DNA of 63,919 nt, filler included, from Acetivibrio sp. (lineage in GTDB: Bacteria > Bacillota > Clostridia > Acetivibrionales > Acetivibrionaceae): the NCBI RefSeq assembly GCF_035371925.1. It is 3 parts of 3 records of this genome, joined end to end, with 100 filler letters (N's around TTAATTAATTAA, not from the genome) between each part and the next. Parts side by side here need not be neighbours in the genome. Positions count along the whole stretch, not along the records: positions 27,527 to 52,522 come from NZ_DAORXT010000037.1; 2 more parts are not named here. One strand, 5' to 3'. Each line of letters starts with the position of its first letter. The first letter of the stretch is position 1. The translations under genes were made by a program, and so were the position numbers. The notes under the pieces are model-generated. The model saw only the letters and a program-made list of their open reading frames with translations. It was not told the origin of the DNA and searched no databases. This document shows positions 28,167 to 38,572 of the stretch, piece after piece.

Positions 28167-28979
28167 ATGCTTAGCGATGATGTACCATCATCCACTGAGC
28201 TTCAAAAATGCAATAAACCCAGCAAGATAAATAAAATATACGGAACAATAATATATTTTTTACTTGTTGTAATAATAAGTCTCATCGTAAACAACATTAT
28301 AATATACAATTGGTACAACAATACAAAAACCCAGTTTAAGGACACATTTCTCAGGGTTCAAACCATATCTGAGGAAAATATGAGCCTGGAAACTCTTAAT
28401 GAAACTTTGAAAAATGACTATGCATTGTTAAAAGAAGATTACAGCAAGATTTTAAGTGAGAATGAGAGTATAAAAAAGGAAATCGAGGAGCTTAAGAAGA
28501 AAAATGAGGATATCGAAAGAATAAACAAGGAATTGGTGGAGGACAATATAGAACTTCAAAATACATTAAAATTGGCTGCGGCAGCAGGTGTAAAGCCTCA
28601 GAACTATACGGAATTTAAAGGAATAAGCTCAAAAAGCTCTATTGAAAGAGGACAATACATCGGAAAATTCTTAGGAACGGCATATACTCCGTCTAAAGAG
28701 GAATGCGGCAATGATATCGGAATAACCAACTCCGGAAAACCGATTATTCCCGGGATATCGATTGCAATTGATAAAAATTACTGGCCCTTTGGAACCGTAT
28801 TTTATATTAAAGGGTTGGGTTATGCAGTAGCTATGGATACAGGTAGTGCAATTAAAGGTAAATATAGATTCGACTTTGCAGTATTCGACAAAAACTTTGC
28901 AAATCAACTGGGAGCTAATTATTGGGATGTCTATTTGGTAAAATTGGGTGATGGAAAGGTTGAAGATATCTCTCTATAA
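28167..28979 (+). CDS. Membrane-anchored coiled-coil protein with a C-terminal 3D (lytic transglycosylase-like) domain
   Basis: TM near the N-terminus; heptad region; GTAY..IAID..PFGT..AMDTGSAIKG..DF. Confidence 0.85.
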   Translation: MLSDDVPSSTELQKCNKPSKINKIYGTIIYFLLVVIISLIVNNIIIYNWYNNTKTQFKDTFLRVQTISEENMSLETLNETLKNDYALLKEDYSKILSENESIKKEIEELKKKNEDIERINKELVEDNIELQNTLKLAAAAGVKPQNYTEFKGISSKSSIERGQYIGKFLGTAYTPSKEECGNDIGITNSGKPIIPGISIAIDKNYWPFGTVFYIKGLGYAVAMDTGSAIKGKYRFDFAVFDKNFANQLGANYWDVYLVKLGDGKVEDISL

Positions 28980-29141
28980 AAAAGGCTCCAGAAAAAGAGG
29001 TGCGGTAATTGCACTTCTTTTTTTTGCGTTATTATTATTTTTTTGTTAAATCAAAGGAGTTTGACGACTATTAATAGAATAGGAGTAAAAACAACAAAGC
29101 ATAAACCTTTAAAACATATTTTTTAGCAAGGGGGTAACGAA

Positions 29142-30110
29142 ATGGAAGTAATAAACGTGGGAGGAAATTTTAAAAAAGTTGCAAAGCCTCCCATTAAATT
29201 AATCGTTGGAGTAATTGCATTAATAGCCTTTGCACTTCTTTTTTTCAACTCATTCTATACTGTGACCGATCAGGAGCAAGCTGTAGTGCTTACCTTCGGA
29301 AAGGTCACAAATATAGAGGGAGCCGGAATTCATTTCAAACTGCCGCGCCCGATACAATCGGTTGTAAAAGTGCCGGTGCAAATGACTCAAAAGCTTGAGC
29401 TAGGCTACAGAGATCAGGGGAACGGCAACTATATAACTGTAGATGAAGAATCAAAAATGATTACAGGAGATTTTAACATAGTAAAAATTGATTTTTTCAT
29501 TGAATGGAAAGTTTCCGATCCTAAAAAATATCTTTTTAATTCCGAGGATCCAAAAGGTATTCTTAGGGACTCCAGCCTAAGTGCCGCCCGTTCTGTTGTA
29601 GGTTCTACATCTATTGACGATGTGCTTACCAGCGGAAAAATTGCCATTGAGAACGAAATCAAGGAAAAGTTGATAGCATATCTTGATATCTATGATATCG
29701 GAATACAGGTACTCGATGTAAAAATACAGGATTCGGAACCACCTACAGAAGAAGTAAAGCAGGCATTCAAGAATGTGGAGAATGCAAAGCAAAGCAAGGA
29801 AACGGCAATGAATGAAGCAAACAAATATAAAAACACGGAGATTCCCAAAGCTCAGGCAGAGGCCGACCGCATATTGCGTAATGCAGAATCGCAAAAGCAG
29901 ACGAAGATAAATGAGGCCAAGGGAGAAGTAGCTAAATTTTTAAAAATGTATGAGGAATACAAGAATTTCGAAGATATAACAAAGACAAGACTTTATCTTG
30001 AAACAATGGAAGAGATACTCCCGGATATCACGGTTTATATTGAAGACGATTCTTCGAGTGTGCAAAAGATTGTTCCGCTAAAGCCATTTAATTCGGAAGG
30101 GGGCGAATAG
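29142..30110 (+). CDS. hflK: FtsH modulator HflK
   Basis: SPFH domain; MITGDFNIV, VKQAFKNV, IPKAQAEA, TKTRLYLETMEEIL. Confidence 0.92.
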   Translation: MEVINVGGNFKKVAKPPIKLIVGVIALIAFALLFFNSFYTVTDQEQAVVLTFGKVTNIEGAGIHFKLPRPIQSVVKVPVQMTQKLELGYRDQGNGNYITVDEESKMITGDFNIVKIDFFIEWKVSDPKKYLFNSEDPKGILRDSSLSAARSVVGSTSIDDVLTSGKIAIENEIKEKLIAYLDIYDIGIQVLDVKIQDSEPPTEEVKQAFKNVENAKQSKETAMNEANKYKNTEIPKAQAEADRILRNAESQKQTKINEAKGEVAKFLKMYEEYKNFEDITKTRLYLETMEEILPDITVYIEDDSSSVQKIVPLKPFNSEGGE

Positions 30111-30111
30111 A

Positions 30112-30981
30112 ATGATAAAAAAGATATTGGCAGGTTGTGTATTGGTATTTGCACTAATTATACTGTTGTCAAGCATGTTTATTGTCACAGAAGGAGAATA
30201 TGTGTGCATAAGAAGGTTTGGAAAAATCATCGACACAAAAGACTCCGCCGGATTATATTTCAAGATGCCCTTTGTTGACAGCAAGTTAACCCTTCCCAAT
30301 AAAAAAATACTTTACAATCTTCCGGCATCGAACGTATTGACAAAGGACAAAAAGGATATGGTTATCGACAACTATATTATCTGGTATATATCCGACCCTG
30401 TGGAGTTTGTCAAGTCCATAGGTTATATATCGGAAGCGGAAAGACGAATTGATGCTGCGGTTTACAATACCGTAAAAAATACTATGGGTACCCTTGAGCA
30501 AAACAGTATAATAAACGAAAAGCTGTCGGGAAGAGGAGAGTTCGATAAAATTGTAACCGATGAAGTGGCAAGACAGCTTAGCGGTTATGGTATTACCGTA
30601 TATGATGTAAAAATAAAAAAGCTGGATTTGCCCATTGAAAATGAAGAGACCGTATACCAAAGAATGATATCCGAGAGAGAAAAAATAGCCGAACAGTACA
30701 GGGCTGAAGGTGAATACGAGGCAAACAAAATAAAAAATGAAGTGGATAAACAGGTAAACATCATCATATCGGAAGCCAAAGCCAGTGCACAAGAGCTAAT
30801 CGGTGAAGGGGAGGCCGAATATATCAAGATTCTTTCCGAAGCATATTCAGGCGAAAAGAAAGAGTTTTACGAATATATAAAAACACTTGAAGCAATGAAA
30901 GCGTCTCTTAAAGGAGAAAAAACACTTATACTTCCTTTAGACTCTCCCATCACAAAATATTTTAAGGATATTGACAATTAA
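30112..30981 (+). CDS. hflC: FtsH modulator HflC
   Basis: SPFH domain; VLTKDKK, RMISEREKIAEQYRAEG. Confidence 0.92.
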   Translation: MIKKILAGCVLVFALIILLSSMFIVTEGEYVCIRRFGKIIDTKDSAGLYFKMPFVDSKLTLPNKKILYNLPASNVLTKDKKDMVIDNYIIWYISDPVEFVKSIGYISEAERRIDAAVYNTVKNTMGTLEQNSIINEKLSGRGEFDKIVTDEVARQLSGYGITVYDVKIKKLDLPIENEETVYQRMISEREKIAEQYRAEGEYEANKIKNEVDKQVNIIISEAKASAQELIGEGEAEYIKILSEAYSGEKKEFYEYIKTLEAMKASLKGEKTLILPLDSPITKYFKDIDN

Positions 30982-31062
30982 ATCTCCTCCGAATGTAAAA
31001 GCAAAAATATTAAAAAGAAAAGCGGTACTGCATTATTTGATATAAAGCAGTACTCTTTTTTT

Positions 31063-31092
31063 GTATATTTAAAAGTTCTGCGAACCATAATA
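31063..31092 (+). promoter_or_regulatory. Sigma-G-like forespore promoter of the ger operon
   Basis: GTATA(31063-31067)-N18-CATAATA(31086-31092). Confidence 0.55.
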
Positions 31093-31163
31093 TGATTAGA
31101 TATGTTATCCAAAACTAATATATAGCTTGAATTGTAACTAGATTTCCTTAAGGAGTGTAATAT

Positions 31164-32915
31164 ATGGCTGATTTTAAAAAACTAATGAAAGACATTTTTG
31201 CTTTTAAAGAGCCCAAGCCCCAAGAAGAATTCATATTGAAGGAAAAGGAGTCTGAAAAAATTGACGGCGGGGAAGGCGCAAATGAAAAAGCTCCTGAAAA
31301 AAAGAAAAAAGGTTTGTTTAAAAACTTTTTTGTAAATGGAGAAAAGAAAGACGGCGATTCCAAAAATGAAAACGACAGTCCTGAAAAAATGGTATATGTG
31401 AGCAAAAACTTAGACGAAAATGTCAATTATCTTAAAAAGAGATTTTCAATTCCTACCAATGGGGACGTAGTCCTAAGAGAGTTTGATATTGTAGTGAAAG
31501 ATAAAAAAATTCCCGCATGCCTTATATTTTACGACGGGATGGTTAACGGCATGCTTATAAATCTTAATATACTACAGCCGTTAATGCTTCTTTCAAACCT
31601 TGATATAAAAGATAAAGACGGAGAGAACAATATTTCGGAATATATTCACAGAAGCTTGGTTACTCACAATCAGGTAAAAGTATCCCGCGAGTTCGATGAA
31701 ATTGTTGGGGAAATTAATTTTGGCGGCTGCGGGGTTTTTATCGACGGAATAGAAACTGCCTATGCTTGTGATGTAAAGGGATGGCAGCATAGGTCGGTAG
31801 ACAGGCCCAATAACGAGATTGTTATAAGGGGTCCCCAGGAAAGCTTCAATGAGATACTTAGGGTAAACACTGCCCTTATCAGAAAAATATTAAAAGACGA
31901 AGACCTTGTGGCAGAAAGTATTGAAATAGGAGCGAGAAGTAAAACTCCTTGTTCAATGCTGTATATAAAGGACATTGCAAATGAATCTCTAGTAGCCGAA
32001 GTAAGAAGACGGCTTAAAAGCATTAAAACAGATTACATATTCGACACTGGAGAACTGGAGCAGTATATAGAGGACAATACCATAATGTCCACTCCGCAAA
32101 TAGTGGCTACGGAAAGGCCGGACAGAGTGGCATCCATGCTTGCAGAGGGAAAAGTGGCAGTGATTATGTCTGGAAGCCCCTTTGCTCTTGTAATGCCCAC
32201 TACCAATAATGATTTTCTCCAGTCGGCTGAAGATTCTTATGTAAGGTTTCCATATGCAAACCTGCTTCGGGTAATGAGAGTTATAGCCATATTTATGTCA
32301 CTGCTCTTACCGGGGCTTTATGTGGCAATAACCAATTATCATCATGAAATGATTCCGACAGACCTTCTTTTTGCCATAGAAGCCTCTCGGGAGAGAGTGC
32401 CTTTTCCGTCGGTGGTGGAAATAATCATAATGGAATTTGCCTTTGAGCTTATTCGTGAAGCAGGTCTTAGGGTTCCCAGTCCTATAGGTCCAACTCTTGG
32501 CATAATCGGTGCTTTGATACTGGGCCAGGCTGCAGTGGCAGCAAATATTGTAAGCCCGATTCTCATAATTGTGGTTGCAGTTACCGGTATCGGTTCTTTT
32601 GCCATACCAAATTTTTCACTGGGCTTTTCTTTTAGAATTTTGAGGTTTGCTTATGTTTTTCTTGCAGCTATGGCAGGTTTTCTGGGAATTACCTTTGGGC
32701 TTTTTGTGCAAAGCATTATTCTGTGTAATGCAAAATCTTTCGGAGTGCCTTTTATGGCACCTTTCGGACCAAAGACCAATAGCGGTTTTCAGGACCAGTT
32801 CTTTAGGTCGCCTATTTGGAAACAGGAAAAAAGGCCTGACTTTTTAAATACCAAGGATACTCGAAAACAGCCTAAAATATCAAGGCAATGGATAAAAGGC
32901 AACAAGAAAAAGTAA
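31164..32915 (+). CDS. Spore germination receptor A subunit (GerAA/GerKA family)
   Basis: IRGPQESFNE, TERPDRV, ASRERVPFP, ELIREAGLRVPSPIG. Confidence 0.94.
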   Translation: MADFKKLMKDIFAFKEPKPQEEFILKEKESEKIDGGEGANEKAPEKKKKGLFKNFFVNGEKKDGDSKNENDSPEKMVYVSKNLDENVNYLKKRFSIPTNGDVVLREFDIVVKDKKIPACLIFYDGMVNGMLINLNILQPLMLLSNLDIKDKDGENNISEYIHRSLVTHNQVKVSREFDEIVGEINFGGCGVFIDGIETAYACDVKGWQHRSVDRPNNEIVIRGPQESFNEILRVNTALIRKILKDEDLVAESIEIGARSKTPCSMLYIKDIANESLVAEVRRRLKSIKTDYIFDTGELEQYIEDNTIMSTPQIVATERPDRVASMLAEGKVAVIMSGSPFALVMPTTNNDFLQSAEDSYVRFPYANLLRVMRVIAIFMSLLLPGLYVAITNYHHEMIPTDLLFAIEASRERVPFPSVVEIIIMEFAFELIREAGLRVPSPIGPTLGIIGALILGQAAVAANIVSPILIIVVAVTGIGSFAIPNFSLGFSFRILRFAYVFLAAMAGFLGITFGLFVQSIILCNAKSFGVPFMAPFGPKTNSGFQDQFFRSPIWKQEKRPDFLNTKDTRKQPKISRQWIKGNKKK

Positions 32916-32948
32916 TAAATATTAAGACATTGCGATAGGAGGACTTCT

Positions 32949-34058
32949 GTGGAAGGTAAAGTAATTTTCGGAAAAAGAGAAGCGATATCAATTCTGCTAG
33001 TACTTATATGTAACCAGTTGATTTTAGGATTCCCGAGCATTATGTCAAATAGTGTGGGAAGTGCAGGGTGGATTATGACCATTTACGTTTCCATAATCAC
33101 ATTATGCCTTTTTCTTATAATGGCAAAGCTTTATTCTGCGTTTGAAGGAAAAGATTTATTGGATATAGGCGAATTTGTCGGAGGAAATATCATAAGGATT
33201 ATTGTCGGCCTTTTAGTCGTGATTGATACCGTTTTCTTAATTTCAATAAAATTGAGAGAATATACTGAGCATATAAAGATAATAAGCTTTACCCAATCTC
33301 CGGTTAGTTTCATAACGCTGTTCTTTACCTTAGGGATGATAATTAGCGTCTATTACGGCATAGAACCCTTGGTAAGGAGTGCATCAATTGTTGTTCCTGT
33401 TGTTGCTGTTGGGATCATAATAGTTGTTGCAGGTTCTGTCAAAAATTTTGAGTTTTCAAATATTATGCCGATTCTTGGTACGGGTCCATATGATATCTTT
33501 GTAGGAGGCCTGCCGAGAATATCAATATATTCAGGGCTCCTTCCTCTTTTTTTCATACCTCCTTTTATGGGAGGTTATAAAGATATAAAAGAAATTGGCA
33601 TATTGGCAATTATTATATCCAGTGTGGTTTTAACCTTGGGAATTCTTGCATATTTGCTTGTATTTCCATACCCCACTTCCGCTAATAGTGTTCTTCCTTT
33701 TTTTGAACTGTCAAGGGTTTTGGAGTACGGAAGGTTCTTTCAAAGAATTGAGTCGGTTTTTTTGCTTACATGGTCGCTGGCAGGTATGATATATCTTAGC
33801 TCCGGGTTGTATTTTATAGTATATGTGTTTTCAAAAACCTTTAGACTCAAGTACTATAGACCGCTTATAATTCCTTTTACCTTGATAATTTTTGCATCAA
33901 GTCTCATACCCAAAAGCCTGATAGAGATAATGTATATTGATAACAAGATAATCAGGTATTACTCTTGGATAATTACTTTCGGTATGACATTGATTCTTCT
34001 GGTAATTGCAAGACTTGTGAAAAGAAAAAAGAGAGGGATGGCTAAAAATGGGAAGTAA
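32949..34058 (+). CDS. Spore germination receptor B subunit (GerAB/APC family), copy 1
   Basis: About 10 TM segments; GSAGWI, YGIEPLVR, GRFFQRIESVF. Confidence 0.9.
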   Translation: MEGKVIFGKREAISILLVLICNQLILGFPSIMSNSVGSAGWIMTIYVSIITLCLFLIMAKLYSAFEGKDLLDIGEFVGGNIIRIIVGLLVVIDTVFLISIKLREYTEHIKIISFTQSPVSFITLFFTLGMIISVYYGIEPLVRSASIVVPVVAVGIIIVVAGSVKNFEFSNIMPILGTGPYDIFVGGLPRISIYSGLLPLFFIPPFMGGYKDIKEIGILAIIISSVVLTLGILAYLLVFPYPTSANSVLPFFELSRVLEYGRFFQRIESVFLLTWSLAGMIYLSSGLYFIVYVFSKTFRLKYYRPLIIPFTLIIFASSLIPKSLIEIMYIDNKIIRYYSWIITFGMTLILLVIARLVKRKKRGMAKNGK

Positions 34059-35358
34059 AACAAGGAAGATTTTCATAGTACTTATTGTCCTTATTATGTG
34101 TTTTTCCATGACAGGATGCTTTGACAAAAGAGAGGTAGACGATTTGGTCAATCCTATAGCTATCGGACTTGATAAAGGAAGAAACCGTTCTATCCGAATG
34201 ACTTTGCAAATAGCGATTCCGACAAAAGTGGCCGGAGGAGGAGAAGGCGGAGGAGGGGGCGGAGGTAAAGAATCCGTATCCTATACAACCGTTGAAGCAC
34301 CATCGATTTATTCGGGGTTGAATATGATAAACACTTATGTCAGTAAACAGCTTAATATGTCACAGATAAAGGTTCTTGTTTTTTCCGAGGAACTGGCAAG
34401 GGAAGGCATTGAAAAATACGTAAATTCCCTTATGAGAGGAAGAGAGTTCAGGCCAAATTCCTACCTTTTGGTGGCAAGAGGCAGCGGAAATGCTGCAGAG
34501 AGATATTTAAGGGCAGTAGAACCGGAACTGGAATCAAATCCTGCAAAATATTATGAGATGGTTCTGAGTGCCTACTCCTATACAGGTTTTTCGTCAAACA
34601 CTACTCTTGTGAATTTCTACAAGAATATGGTGAGTGAATCCAGCCAGCCTTTGGCAGTCTTGGCTGATATAAGCAAGTTTGAAAATTCCGATGACATAAA
34701 TATGGACAATTCCACATACAGGGAAAAAGGAAGGGATTTTCCGTTGGAAGGCGATTTCAAAGCCGGAGATATGCCAAAGGTAGGTACAATAAAGTCGGAA
34801 ATAATGGGACTTGCTGTTTTTAACGGCGCAAAAATGGTTGGAGAGTTTGACGGGGAGGAAACCCAGCTTCAACTTATGCTGGAAGGGGATTTTGGTTATT
34901 CTTATGTCACAATACCTGACCCTATAGCAGAGGACTATGTAGTTCTCCTTAGTATAAGGCAAAACAGAAAGCCTAAAAGAACTGTTGAAATGATAGATGA
35001 AAAACCCAATATTAAAGTAAAGATTTACCTTGAAGCAGATATTCTTTCAATACAAAGCGGTATTAATTATGAAAGCATAGACAAAGTGAAAATACTTGAA
35101 GATTCGGCAGAGGAATTTATTGAAAAAGATCTTGCTAAAATGCTTGAAAAGACTGCAAAAGAGTTTAAAAGTGATACTCCGGGATTTGGAAAAGAAATGA
35201 AAGGGAAATTCTTGACCTGGGATGAATGGATAAATTTCAACTGGATAGAAAAGTATCCTGAGTCTAAATTTGAAGTCGATGTCGATTTAAAAATAAGAAG
35301 ACCCGGACTTATGTTAAGGACATATCCTGCAACCGGTATTGAGGTAGGTGAAGAATAA
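34048..35358 (+). CDS. Spore germination receptor C subunit lipoprotein (Ger(x)C)
   Basis: Lipobox MTG-C-FDKREVDDL; IAIGLDKG; FSEELAREG. Confidence 0.92.
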   Translation: MGSKTRKIFIVLIVLIMCFSMTGCFDKREVDDLVNPIAIGLDKGRNRSIRMTLQIAIPTKVAGGGEGGGGGGGKESVSYTTVEAPSIYSGLNMINTYVSKQLNMSQIKVLVFSEELAREGIEKYVNSLMRGREFRPNSYLLVARGSGNAAERYLRAVEPELESNPAKYYEMVLSAYSYTGFSSNTTLVNFYKNMVSESSQPLAVLADISKFENSDDINMDNSTYREKGRDFPLEGDFKAGDMPKVGTIKSEIMGLAVFNGAKMVGEFDGEETQLQLMLEGDFGYSYVTIPDPIAEDYVVLLSIRQNRKPKRTVEMIDEKPNIKVKIYLEADILSIQSGINYESIDKVKILEDSAEEFIEKDLAKMLEKTAKEFKSDTPGFGKEMKGKFLTWDEWINFNWIEKYPESKFEVDVDLKIRRPGLMLRTYPATGIEVGEE

Positions 35359-35361
35359 ATT

Positions 35362-35538
35362 ATGATTTTCATATTACGGGTTATTTTGGCAATAATTTTG
35401 CTATGGGTGTTTATAAAGACAATAAGTTACGGAAAGTGGACATGGGATAAAAAAAACAGGCTTGGTGCCGTTATGATTTTTGTTGTTGCACTGGCTGCTG
35501 TCATTCTTCCCATATATGTATTCTATATAAGGTATTAA
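35362..35538 (+). CDS. 58-aa two-TM membrane protein, candidate germinant-receptor D subunit (absent from the ORF track)
   Basis: ATG35362 behind GAGGTAGGTG; translates to MIFILRVILAIILLWVFIKTISYGKWTWDKKNRLGAVMIFVVALAAVILPIYVFYIRY; fills the gap between gerC and the second gerB. Confidence 0.7.
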   Translation: MIFILRVILAIILLWVFIKTISYGKWTWDKKNRLGAVMIFVVALAAVILPIYVFYIRY

Positions 35539-35551
35539 AGGTGGTTTTGGT

Positions 35552-36652
35552 ATGAACAATAACATTACTTTTGGAAGCCATGAAGCTATATGCCTCATGA
35601 TTACCATGATTTCAACAAAAGCCATACTGAATTTTCCGAGCGCTATGGCCAAAATAGGAGGCCCGGCTGCATGGATTGTGGCAATATATATATCACTTCT
35701 TGTCATTATAGCCTTTTATATAGTAAGCAAGCTGTATTCCAAATTCGAAGACAAGGATATTATTGACATTGGTGGCATTTTGGGCGGAAAAGCCTTAAAA
35801 ATCCTGTTGGGTGTTTTAATATTAATTTTTCTTATTGCTTTGCTGTCATTTTACCTTAGAAGTTTTAGCGAAGAAATGAAAACGATGGGATTTACAATAT
35901 CTCCAATAGGATTTGTTATGCTATTTTTTGTGTTTGGCATGATTATAAGTGCTTATGTGGGAATCGAAGCTTTGATAAGGTTTCAGGCAATAATTGTTCC
36001 CGTTACTGTAATAAGCTTTATATTATTTATTATCGCTTTGATACCCTCTATGAGCATTGATAATATCAAACCCATATTAGGCCTGGGCTCTTATAATGTA
36101 TTTGTAAAAGGGGCTGTTCGAATATCCGATTTTGCCGAATTAATTTTTTTGTTTTTACTGCCGCCTTTTATAAAAAAAACAGATGTTTTTAACAAGACAG
36201 GCTTTATTGGTCTTGTTATCTGTTCATTGGTACTTACAAGTCTTACCTTTTCGTTTGTAAGCATATATCCCTATCCGATTTCGACGGGTGATCTGCTGCC
36301 GGCATATGAACTTGCCCGTATCATAAAATTCGGACGTTTTTTCGAAAGAGCAGAAAGTATACTGGTCATTACCTGGGCAACCATAGGTTTTATGTATTTG
36401 AGCACAGCGTTTTATTTTCTGTTGCATGTATTTAAAAAGACCTTTGGCCTTCGTTATTATGAACCTCTTATATTGCCCTTTGCATTGGTGATTATGAGTA
36501 CAAGCCTTATACCGGAAAGGCTGATGAATATCATATCGTTGGAATCCGGGATTTTTAGAAACTTTATATGGATAATAGTTTTTATACTTCCTGTTGTGCT
36601 TTTAATTGTTACAAGAGCCGTAAGAAGGGAAAAAAGCGGCAACTCTTCTTGA
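35552..36652 (+). CDS. Spore germination receptor B subunit, copy 2
   Basis: About 10 TM segments; GPAAWI, YVGIEALIR, GRFFERAESI. Confidence 0.9.
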   Translation: MNNNITFGSHEAICLMITMISTKAILNFPSAMAKIGGPAAWIVAIYISLLVIIAFYIVSKLYSKFEDKDIIDIGGILGGKALKILLGVLILIFLIALLSFYLRSFSEEMKTMGFTISPIGFVMLFFVFGMIISAYVGIEALIRFQAIIVPVTVISFILFIIALIPSMSIDNIKPILGLGSYNVFVKGAVRISDFAELIFLFLLPPFIKKTDVFNKTGFIGLVICSLVLTSLTFSFVSIYPYPISTGDLLPAYELARIIKFGRFFERAESILVITWATIGFMYLSTAFYFLLHVFKKTFGLRYYEPLILPFALVIMSTSLIPERLMNIISLESGIFRNFIWIIVFILPVVLLIVTRAVRREKSGNSS

Positions 36653-36780
36653 CGGATAAAAAGGATGTAAAATAAGCAATTGAATGAAGATTGCTTTACG
36701 CTTGTTGATTAATAATACAAAAACATTTCTTGGGGAATAATTAAGTTTTTGACACTTTTTTCGCTTAATATGAATAATAT

Positions 36781-36797
36781 ATTACAATCGTGTTACA
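36781..36797 (-). promoter_or_regulatory. WalR-type direct-repeat box
   Basis: Minus strand TGTAAC-ACGAT-TGTAAT, matching TGTWAH-N5-TGTWAH; 4 bp upstream of a plus-strand TTGACA. Confidence 0.5.
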
Positions 36798-36834
36798 ACT
36801 ATTGACAAAAAGTGTTATTAATTATAATCTAAGC

Positions 36835-36970
36835 TTAACAAAAGCGTATGTGAATGTGTCATGTCATATACTATATTAGGGTAATATTAATTTAACCCAA
36901 TGAAAATATTAATCATAGGTTTGCCCCCTTTAAATTTTGTCAGGTGCATATTTTAATGCACCTTTATTTA
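36835..36970 (+). ncRNA. Candidate small RNA (orphan promoter plus terminator)
   Basis: TTGACA at 36802 and TATAAT at 36823 (15-nt spacer); no plus-strand ORF; C-rich tract GCCCCCTTT; hairpin AGGTGCAT-N6-ATGCACCT followed by a U-rich tail at 36942-36970. Confidence 0.35.
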
Positions 36971-37000
36971 TTGGGTTTGGAATGAAGGATTTAAGTAAAT

Positions 37001-37033
37001 AAAAAACCTGCTTCATTTCTGAAACAGGTTTTT
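37001..37033 (-). terminator. Terminator downstream of tRNA-Trp
   Basis: AAAAAACCTGCTTCA-TTTC-TGAAACAGGTTTTT hairpin. Confidence 0.75.
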
Positions 37034-37108
37034 GGCAGGGGCAGCAGGAATCGAACCCGCAACCAACGGTTTTGGAGACCGCTACTCTACCAATTGAGCT
37101 ATACCCCT
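37033..37108 (-). tRNA. tRNA-Trp (CCA)
   Basis: AGGGGTA..GCGGT-CT-CCA-AA-ACCGT..GGTTCGATTCC..TGCCCCT-GCCA, 76 nt; promoter TTGACA-N17-TATACT at 37150-37122. Confidence 0.97.
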
Positions 37109-37248
37109 TCGGCGCTTTTTTAGTATACAACAGCTTTACTTTTATGTCAATGCTTTTTAAGAAATTTTTTGTGTAATTTTTGCTCTTGTTTGTGGTAAGA
37201 TAGAAAAGGATAAATTTACCCCAGTTATTGTTAAAGGAGAGAAGAACA

Positions 37249-38064
37249 ATGGACAACAAAATCGGTTTTATCGGCGCAGGCAATATGGGCTATGCTATGA
37301 TAACCAGTATAGCAAAATCCGGTATTGTTCCTGCAGAAAATGTTTTAGTCTTCGATGTCGACAAGGACAAGCTTTCCGTTTTGAAGGAAAATGCGGGAAT
37401 AACCATTTCGGACAGTGCTCTTGAGACTACCCAAAAAGCGGATATAATTATTCTTGCAGTAAAGCCCAACACGGTTAAAGCAGTTCTTAATGATATAAAG
37501 CCTGCTATTGACAATAATAAAATACTGGTTTCTGTTGCAGTGGGAATACCGATTAAATTTTATAAAAATATAATCGGAGAGGATAAAAAGTTTATTAGGA
37601 CAATGCCTAATACTCCTGCGCTGGTAGGAGAAGGAATGACTTTGATGTGTTGTGACGAAAATGTTAACCAAAAAGAGGCCGAACAAGTAAAAAAAATATT
37701 TGAGTGCTTCGGTAAAGTAGAATTCTTGGAAGAAAAACTGATGAGCGAAGTAACGGCAGTTACCGGCAGCAGTCCGGCATATGTCTTTATGTTTATTGAA
37801 GCAATGGCCGATGCCGCTGTTCTTTCGGGAATACCAAGAAGTCTGGCATACAAGCTTGCCGCCCAGGCTGTTTTGGGATCTGCCAAAATGGTTATTGAGA
37901 CAGGCAAGCATCCGGGAGAGTTGAAAGACCAGGTATGCTCACCTGCCGGTACTACCATTGAAGCTGTACGTTCTCTTGAAAAAAATCGATTCAGACATGC
38001 TGTAATTGAAGCAATGGATGAATGTACCAAAAAAGCTTTAGAGATAGGCAAGATGTACGATTAA
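37249..38064 (+). CDS. proC: Pyrroline-5-carboxylate reductase
   Basis: [33 protein letters not shown]. Confidence 0.96.
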   Translation: MDNKIGFIGAGNMGYAMITSIAKSGIVPAENVLVFDVDKDKLSVLKENAGITISDSALETTQKADIIILAVKPNTVKAVLNDIKPAIDNNKILVSVAVGIPIKFYKNIIGEDKKFIRTMPNTPALVGEGMTLMCCDENVNQKEAEQVKKIFECFGKVEFLEEKLMSEVTAVTGSSPAYVFMFIEAMADAAVLSGIPRSLAYKLAAQAVLGSAKMVIETGKHPGELKDQVCSPAGTTIEAVRSLEKNRFRHAVIEAMDECTKKALEIGKMYD

Positions 38065-38104
38065 TTTTAAAACCCTAATAATGCAAAATACACAAGGAGC
38101 TGCC

Positions 38105-38545
38105 ATGAAAAAAGTAAGTATTTACACTGACGGTGCCTGTTCCGGCAATCCGGGAGACGGGGGCTGGGGAGCAATACTGATATACGGAAATCATAAAAAA
38201 GAAGTGTCCGGCTTTGAAAAGGACACTACAAACAACAGGATGGAGCTTATGGCTGCCATTAATGCTCTAAATATGCTAAAAGAACCGTGCGAAGTGGACC
38301 TTTACAGCGACAGTGCCTATCTTGTAAATGCTTTTTTGTTGAACTGGATTGAAAAGTGGAAGAAAAACGGCTGGAAGACTTCTGGTAAAGAAGATGTAAA
38401 AAATGTCGAACTATGGAAGGAACTTGACAGGCTGAGCAGTATTCATAAAATTAAATGGATTAAAGTAAAGGGACACAGCGACAATGAATACAACAACAGG
38501 TGTGACAAGCTTGCTACGGATGAAATCAAGAAAAACAAGAAATAA
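38105..38545 (+). CDS. rnhA: Ribonuclease HI
   Basis: [34 protein letters not shown]. Confidence 0.96.
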   Translation: MKKVSIYTDGACSGNPGDGGWGAILIYGNHKKEVSGFEKDTTNNRMELMAAINALNMLKEPCEVDLYSDSAYLVNAFLLNWIEKWKKNGWKTSGKEDVKNVELWKELDRLSSIHKIKWIKVKGHSDNEYNNRCDKLATDEIKKNKK

Positions 38546-38572
38546 TTTATTATTTTAGGAGGATATATTCTA

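Noticed and set aside
34240..34265. Poly-Gly coding G-rich run in the GerC gene (similar run at about 710-725) as a contingency or G-quadruplex locus
   Set aside because: Mixed Gly codons in frame encode a flexible linker; no frameshift or pure homopolymer tract.
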